64,000 bases of DNA from a virus: positions 4,739 to 68,738 of IMG/VR virus record IMGVR_UViG_3300036795_000115. One strand, given 5' to 3'. Shown here in pieces: positions 9,885-17,847 of this stretch; the stretch's first letter is position 1, and the number at the start of each line of letters is the position of its first letter. The position numbers were made by a program, and so were the translations under genes. Under the pieces are notes generated by a model. It made no database searches. It saw only the letters and a program-made list of their open reading frames with translations, and was not told where the DNA came from.

Positions 9885-9913
9885 TTGCCAACGACCAGCG
9901 CGAACGCTAATCT
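9885..9913 (+). promoter_or_regulatory. SigA-type promoter
   Basis: TTGCCA-17 bp-TAATCT in an intergenic region. Confidence 0.6.
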
Positions 9914-9958
9914 CTGCTTAGATCGTCAGTCGTAGCTGAGACATCGCTCCTGGCGACA

Positions 9959-9991
9959 GCCCCACCGGTCACGGATCGGTGGGGCTTTTTC
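9959..9991 (+). terminator. intrinsic terminator
   Basis: GCCCCACCGGTC-acg-GATCGGTGGGGC followed by TTTTT. Confidence 0.85.
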
Positions 9992-10014
9992 TTGCCCAAC
10001 CCCGGGGGCATCCC

Positions 10015-10680
10015 ATGAGGAAGACTCTGATCGTCTGTGCTGCGACTGTTGCTCTTGCTCTTGGGTTTACGCCTACTGCGCTGGCGTCGCCGTTCGGTCA
10101 CCACCATGGCCACTCACACCACCAGCACGACAGCTGGTCCAGCGACGACGGCGACGACTCGGGTGATGACAGCCCCGACACAGGACAGCCAGACACCGTA
10201 ACCCCAAGCGCCGACACATCTTCGAGCCAAGCGGCCGCAGCCGGGGGAACGGTTCGTTCTGGTGCAGCACAAACGATAAACGCGCAGGTCACCGGGTTCT
10301 CTTGGCAAGACAACTCGCCGCCCGGATCGTCCACCGTGTGCTGCGGCGTACTACATAAACAGGCCGGCGGCACGGGCACCTACGCCGACCCCATCACCAC
10401 GGCAGTACCGGGCTCCGGCGGCCAGGGCATGGAGACCCCGGCTGGTACGCGCATCTACGTGGCTCGACTCAAACGGTATTTCGTGGTTGAGGATTCGGGC
10501 GCCACCAAGATGGGTTCGAAGCACTTCGATTTGTGGGTCGGAGGGGAGGGCTTCCCGAAGTCCGCGTCCGATGCGTGCATGAACTCCTACACCGGCAGCA
10601 CGCCGGTCATCATCAACCCGCCGGCCGGTGAGCCGGTCACGGTGGGTCCACTCACGGGGAGCAACGGATGCAAGGTATGA
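10015..10680 (+). CDS. secreted protein with a 3D/double-psi-barrel-like C-terminal domain
   Basis: Signal peptide ending ALA; His/Asp-rich linker; GTYADPIT, GTRIYV..LKRYFVVED, HFDLW motifs. Confidence 0.65.
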   Translation: MRKTLIVCAATVALALGFTPTALASPFGHHHGHSHHQHDSWSSDDGDDSGDDSPDTGQPDTVTPSADTSSSQAAAAGGTVRSGAAQTINAQVTGFSWQDNSPPGSSTVCCGVLHKQAGGTGTYADPITTAVPGSGGQGMETPAGTRIYVARLKRYFVVEDSGATKMGSKHFDLWVGGEGFPKSASDACMNSYTGSTPVIINPPAGEPVTVGPLTGSNGCKV

Positions 10681-10925
10681 GCCCGGAGTTCGAGGCCGCC
10701 GTGACAGCACCGGTCGACAACGCGGAGCACTACGCGCAGGCCCTCGAGCGACTCGCCCGCGACGTGCGCCGACACGGCCTCGTTAATGGCGAACTCGGTA
10801 CCACCACCGAGCAGGAAGAGCTCGACCCCATCGAGTTCGACGGCGTGAAGTACCGGAACTGCCGTCCGACTGGTCGCTACACGTACGTGATGAACCTCGT
10901 CATCGACCGCAACCAGGTTCGTTGA
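10677..10925 (+). CDS. hypothetical protein
   Basis: ATGA overlap. Confidence 0.55.
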   Translation: MSPEFEAAVTAPVDNAEHYAQALERLARDVRRHGLVNGELGTTTEQEELDPIEFDGVKYRNCRPTGRYTYVMNLVIDRNQVR

Positions 10926-10972
10926 GTCCGACCGCTCTACGCATGTTCGCTGCTCGACGGCAGGAGGCGACC

Positions 10973-11221
10973 ATGAGCCGACTGACAACCCCACCGGAAG
11001 GCGTCGGCGCCGATTACGTCCTCGGCTGCCAGGGCGCCCAATACCTGGTTCCGACGATCGAGCACGTTGACCGGCATGTGCTGGTGCTCACCGCCCGGTT
11101 GCGTAAGTGGGTCGGTGGGGACAAGTTCCCGGACCTGGTCGAGACGCTGACCGTGGACCGGGATCGGTTGCTCGAGCGGCGCTGGTACTTGATGCAGATG
11201 GCGGTTACTTCAGCGCGTTGA
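10973..11221 (+). CDS. hypothetical protein
   Basis: AGGAGG RBS then ATG. Confidence 0.6.
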   Translation: MSRLTTPPEGVGADYVLGCQGAQYLVPTIEHVDRHVLVLTARLRKWVGGDKFPDLVETLTVDRDRLLERRWYLMQMAVTSAR

Positions 11222-11483
11222 TCTGATTGAGCCGCTGCCGTGACAGTCCCATGCTCGCGGCCACTTCGTTGACCTGCGCCGGCCGGTCGTTCGGGTCGGT
11301 GGCGTAGAAGTCCTTGATCAGCTGCTTTCGGACGGCGACCGCGTGTAGGTAGTCGCGCTCCACCTGGGCACAGTGCTCAAGAAACGCGGCACGTTCCGAA
11401 TCGACCGCTTCCTTGAGCTGCTCCTGAACTATCTTGAGCCGCGCACGCTGCTGCTGCGCTCGTGACACCCTCGCCGCTGACAT
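11205..11483 (-). CDS. small coiled-coil/HTH protein
   Basis: C-terminal EVAASMGLSRQRLNQI HTH; leaderless promoter upstream. Confidence 0.7.
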   Translation of the reverse strand: MSAARVSRAQQQRARLKIVQEQLKEAVDSERAAFLEHCAQVERDYLHAVAVRKQLIKDFYATDPNDRPAQVNEVAASMGLSRQRLNQINALK

Positions 11484-11519
11484 GTCGACAAGGATAGACA
11501 GCAGCGGCTTCTGCGGCAA
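11484..11519 (-). promoter_or_regulatory. leaderless SigA-type promoter
   Basis: Minus strand TTGCCG-17-TATCCT-tgtcgac-ATG. Confidence 0.6.
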
Positions 11520-11543
11520 CGGTAGTGACCCGCGTGTCATGCC

Positions 11544-12329
11544 CTACACCGCCGTCTGAGCGGCCGGACGGGGCAACCGGTCGAGCAGGCTCACCACGTT
11601 CGACTCCACGGCCTGAACCGGCACCCGACGTGACGCAATCAGATCCGACAGCGCCGCCTCACGCCGGTCCACGTGCGAGTTGATATCAAACTTCGTGGTC
11701 ATGGCATCCACCAGCTGTAATGCCATCGTGGTCTCTTCGGCGGTCACGGTCACGGCCGGTGCGTCGGGTTCCTGGAACACGGGCTCGCGGATCTCATCGG
11801 CCCACAGGATGATCCGTAGCACCATCACATCTTCGTGCACGGTGATGGCGACGAGGGACTCACGGGACCGCATCACCATCCGCCCGATCGCCGCCTTGCC
11901 TGAGGTCAGCAGCGATTCGGAGAACAGGGCGTAGGGCTTGTTCGCCCTCGGTGCGTCGCCACGCTTCTTAATCAGGAAATCGGGGCGCACGTAGTAGGTC
12001 TTGCCCAGGTGCAGCGGGTCGATCTGATGCGGCTCGCAGAAGCTGTCCAGGGTGATCGCGTGGTCTTTCGCGTCGGTCAGGCTGTCGAGCTCGTCCTTGG
12101 TGAACACGATGGAATGTCCGTCCGCGTCCAGGTGGGTGCGGCCGATGTCGCTGTAGGCGAGCTCTTCGCCGCAGTCTTTGCAGAACCGCTTGTACCCGAC
12201 CCGGCCGCCGTCGGCGGGGTGCGCTTCGTGCATTTCGATGCCGTGGTCTTCGCCTGCGCCGTAGAGCTTGACGGGGACGCTGACGAGGCCGAATGAGATG
12301 GTGCCGGTCCAGGTGGCTTTCGAGAACAT
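11544..12329 (-). CDS. ku: Ku DNA end-binding protein
   Basis: ATWTGTISFGLVSVPVKLY, RVGYKRFC, KPYALF, MVMRSRE and LWADEIR are canonical prokaryotic Ku motifs. Confidence 0.95.
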   Translation of the reverse strand: MFSKATWTGTISFGLVSVPVKLYGAGEDHGIEMHEAHPADGGRVGYKRFCKDCGEELAYSDIGRTHLDADGHSIVFTKDELDSLTDAKDHAITLDSFCEPHQIDPLHLGKTYYVRPDFLIKKRGDAPRANKPYALFSESLLTSGKAAIGRMVMRSRESLVAITVHEDVMVLRIILWADEIREPVFQEPDAPAVTVTAEETTMALQLVDAMTTKFDINSHVDRREAALSDLIASRRVPVQAVESNVVSLLDRLPRPAAQTAV

Positions 12330-12330
12330 G

Positions 12331-12732
12331 TCAGATCTCCTGAGTCGGGTCGTAGATGTTGGCGAAGGCGCGCAGTTCGGTCACGGCGAGCTCGAGCGCG
12401 TCCAGTCGCACTTCGCTCGCCTCGATCACGTCGGCAATCGCACGCACCCGAGCGGCGTGCTCGGCGCGGTGAGAACTGGTCGGGGCGAAGTTGTCGATCG
12501 ACCACTGAGCCTGAGAGGCGCCGGCGGACCGCCCGTTCATCAGGTCGCGGGTCAGATTGAGGCTCGCGCTGTAGATGTTCCCCGGGGACAACGGCCCGAC
12601 TACCTGTGTCAACGCCACGGAGATGACGGCCGATGCTGCGCCAGCGTCATCGCGGCCTGCGGCGTACTTGGACGCGTGTGCGGCGATCTCGGTGATGCTG
12701 CGGCCGGTGCTCGTTGCGTAGTTCGTTGTCAT
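12331..12732 (-). CDS. hypothetical protein
   Basis: ORF directly under a leaderless promoter. Confidence 0.7.
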   Translation of the reverse strand: MTTNYATSTGRSITEIAAHASKYAAGRDDAGAASAVISVALTQVVGPLSPGNIYSASLNLTRDLMNGRSAGASQAQWSIDNFAPTSSHRAEHAARVRAIADVIEASEVRLDALELAVTELRAFANIYDPTQEI

Positions 12733-12778
12733 GTCCATAACTCTAGACGACACCACCAGGGCAAGTCAACACTTATGG
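12733..12778 (-). promoter_or_regulatory. leaderless SigA-type promoter
   Basis: CCATAAGTG-TTGACT-18-TAGAGT-tatggac-ATG. Confidence 0.75.
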
Positions 12779-12845
12779 CCAACAGATTGAGGCGTTGCCC
12801 ACCCCGCACCTGCCCAGGCTGCGACCTACGCCGAGAGGCACTCGG

Positions 12846-13223
12846 ATGGCGCTCAAACCGTGCCTCGCCTGCGGTGAACCCACCCGTGGCTCACGCTGCG
12901 GCGGTCGATGCGGCACCGCCAGCTACCGGGCCAGCGCCACGTCCAAGGGGCTCGGGCGGCAACACCAACGCATCGCACACCAGCTGATATCAGACTGGGT
13001 GAGCCGCTACGGGTGGGTGTGTCCCGGCTGGAACGATCGGCCGGCGCACCCGGTCACACCCTTCGCCACCGGTGCGGACCAGCTGACCGCCGATCACATC
13101 ATTCCTCGGTCGGTGCGACCGGATCTGATGCATGAGCCGTCAAATCTTGCCGTGCTTTGTAGGGGCTGCAATAGCAACAAGGGCGCGAAGGTAGCTCCCG
13201 CGCCAGGATTCGAACCTGGGTGA
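12846..13223 (+). CDS. HNH endonuclease
   Basis: LTADHIIP...NLAVLCRGCNSNKG; N-terminal PCLACG. Confidence 0.9.
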   Translation: MALKPCLACGEPTRGSRCGGRCGTASYRASATSKGLGRQHQRIAHQLISDWVSRYGWVCPGWNDRPAHPVTPFATGADQLTADHIIPRSVRPDLMHEPSNLAVLCRGCNSNKGAKVAPAPGFEPG

Positions 13224-13265
13224 GTTGGATCAAAGCCAACCATGCTGCCGTTGCATCACGCGGGA
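13195..13265 (-). tRNA. tRNA-Gln(UUG)
   Basis: Minus strand TCCCGCG...GTTGG-CT-TTG-AT-CCAAC...CCAGG-TTCGAAT-CCTGG-CGCGGGA-G; no encoded CCA. Confidence 0.85.
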
Positions 13266-13270
13266 TTGAG

Positions 13271-13342
13271 CTGCCCTGCCTGGACTCGAACCAGGAACCC
13301 CAGCATCAGAGGCTGGTCGGTTGCCAATTACCTCACAGGGCA
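13271..13342 (-). tRNA. tRNA-Gln(CUG)
   Basis: Minus strand TGCCCTG...CCAGC-CT-CTG-AT-GCTGG...CCTGG-TTCGAGT-CCAGG-CAGGGCA-G. Confidence 0.9.
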
Positions 13343-13388
13343 TCGCGGCGACACCTCGCTGTGCCGCTCACATCCTAGCCATCACCCC

Positions 13389-14618
13389 TCACATCTCCAT
13401 GTCCTCCGCATTCGGTGCCGTCACCGGTGCCTCGAGCCCGACCGCCTCGAACCCCCAATTCGTCGCCACCCGCCCCTGTCCGGTGCGGATGATGTACTTC
13501 GCCCGGATCAGATACGACTCGATGGACTCCAACGTCCGGCTGTCGGTGTCCGCGCCGGTGGCCAGGTTGGTCAACCCCACCGGCCCACCCTTGTGGACTT
13601 TGCACAGATCCCAGAGCACGGCCCGATCAGACTTGGTCAGCCCGTTGTGGTCGATGTCCTCCATCTCGAGGGCCCGGTTGACGTCCACCACGGTGACCGG
13701 CACATCAGTCGAGTCCGCCGAGGCCACCGCGTACTCATGCGACATCGCAAGCAGGTTGAGAGCGATCCTGGGCGTCCGCCGGCTACGGTGCGCCAGTTCG
13801 GTCGCCGCCTCCACCTCGATCTTGATAGCGTCCCGCTCAGCGGCCTGCGAGATGATCTCGGTGAGCTCCTCGACGTCGTAGTAGTCCAGGGTGCCGCGCA
13901 GCGCGAACCGGTCCAGAAGAGGCTGCGGCAACCGACCCGGCTCGGTGGTCGCACCCACCAGGATGAAGTTGTGCAACATCTTCGACTCGACCACGGACTT
14001 CGACCCGGTACCGACCGCGACATCCACCCGCCCGTCCTCCATCGCGGTCAACAGGGTGCGCTTCGGCCGCTCGGGTAGGCCGTGGATCTCCTCCACGAAA
14101 TACACGTCCCCGTCTTGCAGCTCTCCGAGCTCGTTGATGAGCGTCTCGGGTGTCTTCAGTGCGTCACCGGAGGCGATGACGAGCTCCCCGCCGGCCAGGT
14201 CCGCAACCAGCATGGCGATGCTGGTCTTGCCCAACCCGGGCGGACCTTGCAGCAGGATGTGACCGACCGGCTTGTTCAGGCGCTTCGAGGCGTTCACGTG
14301 CACGGTCAACCGCAGTCGTAGTTTGTCCTGGCCGATCATTGTGGCGATGTCGGTCGGGCGCACCGCTTTCGACCGGGCAGCTGGCGACGCCGCCTCCCGC
14401 ACCACCACAGGCTTGGGTGGTTTGACCTTGACGCCCATGCGGGCGGCGAACTCGCTGAAGTCGGTCACGCTGGATCGTCCTTTCGAGCCGTGCAGTGGTT
14501 TGAACGTGTGGGCGTTGTCGATGCAGTACGCACCGGTGGCGGGGATGGTGACGACGGTTTGGCCGATGAGGAGATGGACTTCCTCACCGGCCAGGCCATC
14601 GGTCACGTAGACGGTCAT
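13389..14618 (-). CDS. ruvB: RuvB-like Holliday junction branch-migration AAA+ ATPase with an N-terminal extension
   Basis: VRP...IGQ, HILLQGPPGLGKT, FVEEIH, AMED, LVGATT, PLLDRF, RRTPRIA, IRTGQGRVAT. Confidence 0.9.
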   Translation of the reverse strand: MTVYVTDGLAGEEVHLLIGQTVVTIPATGAYCIDNAHTFKPLHGSKGRSSVTDFSEFAARMGVKVKPPKPVVVREAASPAARSKAVRPTDIATMIGQDKLRLRLTVHVNASKRLNKPVGHILLQGPPGLGKTSIAMLVADLAGGELVIASGDALKTPETLINELGELQDGDVYFVEEIHGLPERPKRTLLTAMEDGRVDVAVGTGSKSVVESKMLHNFILVGATTEPGRLPQPLLDRFALRGTLDYYDVEELTEIISQAAERDAIKIEVEAATELAHRSRRTPRIALNLLAMSHEYAVASADSTDVPVTVVDVNRALEMEDIDHNGLTKSDRAVLWDLCKVHKGGPVGLTNLATGADTDSRTLESIESYLIRAKYIIRTGQGRVATNWGFEAVGLEAPVTAPNAEDMEM

Positions 14619-14848
14619 CAGTCGAGCTGCGTCGACGTGTCGAGCAGCAGGTCCAACGCCCAGCTGATCTGACGAGCTCGCTCGAGCGTCCAAGCTGTCT
14701 GGTTGCCGGCGAGCTCAACCTGTCGACCTCCATCGCAGGTGTAGGCGATCGGCTCGTCCGGGTGCGCCGAGTCGAGGTCGAAGCACTCGAAGTCCTGGGA
14801 GCCGCCCACGCCGCGCTCGTCGCGCCACTCACGCTTGACAACCTTCAT
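14618..14848 (-). CDS. hypothetical protein
   Basis: Coupled to ruvB (TGATG). Confidence 0.6.
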   Translation of the reverse strand: MKVVKREWRDERGVGGSQDFECFDLDSAHPDEPIAYTCDGGRQVELAGNQTAWTLERARQISWALDLLLDTSTQLD

Positions 14849-15084
14849 CGCTGCTCTCCATTCGGGAAGTACTTCGCTTCACAGCCACCACACAGCAGCC
14901 GGGTCGCACCGTTCGCGTCGCTGACCTCGCGCACCGCCGGCTGGTGGCAGTACCGGGTACCGATGCGGATGTCGCACAGGTCGCCATCCACCAGCGGGCC
15001 CAGGAGGGGCTGCACGGCGTAGAGGCTGCGCGGCGCCCGGTCTTCCTTGGCCCAGTCAGCGTGCGGGTTGTATGCGGCGGTCAT
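14845..15084 (-). CDS. hypothetical Cys-containing protein
   Basis: AAGGAG RBS; coupled ORF. Confidence 0.6.
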   Translation of the reverse strand: MTAAYNPHADWAKEDRAPRSLYAVQPLLGPLVDGDLCDIRIGTRYCHQPAVREVSDANGATRLLCGGCEAKYFPNGEQR

Positions 15085-15150
15085 GTCGAGCTCCTTAGAT
15101 GGTCTGGCGACCAACACCGGCCCTGTGGCAGTCAGGGCCCATGCAGGCGG

Positions 15151-15375
15151 TCAGACCAGGCGTGCGGCGAGCTTCCGACGCAGGTAGGTCAGGTGCAGGG
15201 TGTAGGCCTTCTGGTCCTCCTTGCTGGTGTGTACGGACCGGCTGCGGGCGAACAGGATGTCGATCTGGGCGCCGATGGCCGCGTTCGACTTGGTGTCGAC
15301 GTCGGCGATGAACTGGCGGGCGCGGTCACGCGCGGCGTCGGAGGCGGTCGGGGCGGGGGTGATGGTCTGCATCAT
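15151..15375 (-). CDS. hypothetical protein
   Basis: Under a leaderless promoter. Confidence 0.7.
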   Translation of the reverse strand: MMQTITPAPTASDAARDRARQFIADVDTKSNAAIGAQIDILFARSRSVHTSKEDQKAYTLHLTYLRRKLAARLV

Positions 15376-15420
15376 GTGCATAACACTAGACTCGTCACGG
15401 CATGACGTCAATACTTATGG
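15376..15420 (-). promoter_or_regulatory. leaderless SigA-type promoter
   Basis: CCATAAGTA-TTGACG-17-TAGTGT-tatgcac-ATG. Confidence 0.75.
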
Positions 15421-15479
15421 GCACAGAGAATCGCCCGCCCAACCAACGGCTGAACGGGCGACCCGGGGAGCTCTAGCTA

Positions 15480-15902
15480 CTACTTGCTGACCGTGGTGCT
15501 GGTCGACGTGGTGGTCACACCCTTGGCGCTGCGGCTCACCCGTGTGGTGGTGGACCCGGCCGGCGTCTTCTGTGTGACCGTGGTGCTGGTTGCACCGGTG
15601 CTGCTGTGCGTGGTGCGCACGGTCCTCGAGATCTTGCCCTTGGGCTTTGCGTGTGCTGCTGCCATCCGGTCCACGTCGCTACAGTCGAGGTTCACCCCGC
15701 AGACCAGGGGGATGATCGGGTCGCTGCCGCCCAGTGAGGGGGCTGGTGCCTCCACTGCTGGTGCTACCTCCACTGGTGCTGCCACCACATGCACTACCTC
15801 AGCACCGTGCATGTGCACATCACCATGCATGACGTTGTTGATGATGACACCTGCCACCACACTGGTGATGATGAGTGCTGCTGCTGTGTGCATGATGCGC
15901 AT
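15480..15902 (-). CDS. membrane/secreted protein with a Thr-rich basic tail
   Basis: N-terminal hydrophobic helix; under a leaderless promoter. Confidence 0.65.
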   Translation of the reverse strand: MRIMHTAAALIITSVVAGVIINNVMHGDVHMHGAEVVHVVAAPVEVAPAVEAPAPSLGGSDPIIPLVCGVNLDCSDVDRMAAAHAKPKGKISRTVRTTHSSTGATSTTVTQKTPAGSTTTRVSRSAKGVTTTSTSTTVSK

Positions 15903-15938
15903 GTCCACAACACTAGCCATCGCATGTGTGTAGGTCAA
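15903..15938 (-). promoter_or_regulatory. leaderless SigA-type promoter
   Basis: TTGACC-17-TAGTGT-tgtggac-ATG. Confidence 0.75.
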
Positions 15939-15988
15939 GCGTTGTGCACCATCCATCCATCCCTATGCAACAACACACATGCATGCAC

Positions 15989-16083
15989 ATGACCGGTCAC
16001 TGATGACCGGTCACTGATCACTGATCTCATGGTCTCTTAAGACCGGTCACTGATGACCGGTCACTGATCTCTTAAGACCGGTC
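15989..16083. repeat. tandem palindromic GACCGGTC(ACTGAT) repeats; candidate packaging or genome-end region
   Basis: GACCGGTC at 15991, 16005, 16041, 16055 and 16076; non-coding, upstream of TerS. Confidence 0.7.
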
Positions 16084-16346
16084 GCTCAGTGGCACCATCC
16101 CTGCCCATCCATCCTTTGCGCCGGCGCACCTCGAGCTCGACGCCGGCGGACCGGGCAGAGCTCTGACCTGCGTCCTTACACGCGACGAAGATCCAAAAGG
16201 TCAAACGATCAAGCCCCAGGCCCTTCCTCCCGGTTTCTAGCGGTCTGTACGCGATACCCACTAAAACGATCACAGTGCGTGATGGTTTCGGCTCCCCGGA
16301 GACGATCAAGCTCGTTTCCGCTGGTCAGAGGCCTGGTCGGCGCATC

Positions 16347-16520
16347 CTAGAGACGATCAAGCAGCTCATCAACGAGCCGCTGCGTCAAGATCGGGTGCTC
16401 GTTCGGGTACTCGGCGCAGTGTGCGGCCATGACGCCGGCGCGGTGACGCAGGAACGCGGCGAAGGGGCGCAGGCCGGTGTCGAGGTAGATGTCCCTTTCG
16501 CACTCCGGGCACTGGATCAC
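16347..16520 (-). CDS. small CxxC protein
   Basis: GTG start with a possible -10 (GACAAT) 6 nt upstream; IQCPEC...HC. Confidence 0.45.
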   Translation of the reverse strand: MIQCPECERDIYLDTGLRPFAAFLRHRAGVMAAHCAEYPNEHPILTQRLVDELLDRL

Positions 16521-16559
16521 GCACGCATTGTCCCAGATCAACCAACCAGGAGGTGACCG

Positions 16560-17006
16560 ATGAGCGGTAGTCGAGGCCCGTTGTCCAATCCGAGTGCACG
16601 CCGTCGGAACCTTCCGTCCGGCTCGAAGATCCAGCTCCCGATGGAGGGCTGGCAGGGCCCGATCCCGGACTGGCCCCTGGTCGAGGCCACGTCGATCGAG
16701 CTGGATCGCTGGGAGCGCATGTGGCGCACCCCGATGGCCGCGCAGTGGGTGCGGATGCACATCGACACCGTGATCGCCCGGTATGTGCGGGTGGCGTTGC
16801 TCGCCGAGTCGTTTGATCACGAGACGTCGGTGGCGATGGCGAACATCAAGGGCGAGGCCCGCCAGCTCGAGTCGCTGTTGGGGTTGAACCCTTCGGCGTT
16901 GAAGCGTCTGGAGTGGGAGATCGTGGTCGATGAGGTTGAGGAGCAGCGTGAGGTGGCTCCGGCGCGGCGTCGGTTGAAGGCTGTGGACCCGGATGTGCCG
17001 GCATGA
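16560..17006 (+). CDS. terminase small subunit
   Basis: RGP..NPSARRRN, WERMWRTPMAAQW, ARQLESLLGLNPSALKRLEW; AGGAGG RBS. Confidence 0.85.
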   Translation: MSGSRGPLSNPSARRRNLPSGSKIQLPMEGWQGPIPDWPLVEATSIELDRWERMWRTPMAAQWVRMHIDTVIARYVRVALLAESFDHETSVAMANIKGEARQLESLLGLNPSALKRLEWEIVVDEVEEQREVAPARRRLKAVDPDVPA

Positions 17007-17281
17007 ACGATCTTAAGTACCAGACGTTCAAGATCTGGAACGACACCGGGAAAGGCCGTGACACGCACATCGAGCTCGATGGTGAGGACGTCAGTGCCGC
17101 GTTCAACGACGTGACCGTCCGTGCCGGTGTCAGAGGCCGCGTCGAAGTCATACTGTCCACCGTCGCGGCCGAGATCCCGAAGCAGCCATTCGAGGCAGAG
17201 CCAGCGCGCCTTTTCCTTGCTCCGGTCACTCGGGAGCTGCTCATCAAGCATGGCTGGACGCCGCCCGCCGGGACCGCCTGA
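17003..17281 (+). CDS. hypothetical protein
   Basis: Coupled ORF. Confidence 0.65.
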   Translation: MNDLKYQTFKIWNDTGKGRDTHIELDGEDVSAAFNDVTVRAGVRGRVEVILSTVAAEIPKQPFEAEPARLFLAPVTRELLIKHGWTPPAGTA

Positions 17282-17547
17282 TGGCCCCGCCGTACAACGT
17301 CCGCGACTGGTTCCGTGAGGACGTCCAGCACGACAGCCCCGACCACGTCGTGCTGTGGCAGGACTGGTTCACCTTGCACGGCATCGACCCGTCCGAGGTG
17401 CTGCTGACGCACTGGATTGAGCGTCGCGCCCACGGCACCCAGAACCAGATCGTGTGGCTCGAGGACGATGTGCGCGACGGGGAGCCGATCACCGTTGAAC
17501 GCGTGCGTGAACTTGTTGATCCGCCCGCCCCGTTTCCCGTCCCGTAG
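17281..17547 (+). CDS. hypothetical protein
   Basis: Coupled ORF. Confidence 0.65.
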   Translation: MAPPYNVRDWFREDVQHDSPDHVVLWQDWFTLHGIDPSEVLLTHWIERRAHGTQNQIVWLEDDVRDGEPITVERVRELVDPPAPFPVP

Positions 17548-17556
17548 GAGCTTCTG

Positions 17557-17844
17557 ATGACGTACGTGCCTACCGTCAACCTGTCGCCGCTGTACGCGTT
17601 CACCCAGTTCTCCGGCACAGTCTCGGCGTTTCAGACCGCGCTGAACACGGCGTTTGCCGCAACGGCCGGGAACATCCAGTGCTTCGCTGACACCACATCC
17701 GGTCAGACCGCCTGGGCTGTCGTGGTCGTGGGTGACCAGCAGGTGTTGAGTGTGCCGCCGAACAACTACATCGGCTTCAACCAGGGGCAGTGGTCGCAGT
17801 ACACGCCCACGAAGCTGGGGCAGCTCTACACGGTTTACCCGTAA
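17557..17844 (+). CDS. hypothetical (possibly virion) protein
   Basis: AGGAG RBS; Thr/Gln/Asn-rich. Confidence 0.7.
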   Translation: MTYVPTVNLSPLYAFTQFSGTVSAFQTALNTAFAATAGNIQCFADTTSGQTAWAVVVVGDQQVLSVPPNNYIGFNQGQWSQYTPTKLGQLYTVYP

Positions 17845-17847
17845 GCG

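Noticed and set aside
15989-16083. Mini-CRISPR or a second GGY-NN array
   Set aside because: The units are short palindromes without variable spacers or a 5-nt phase.
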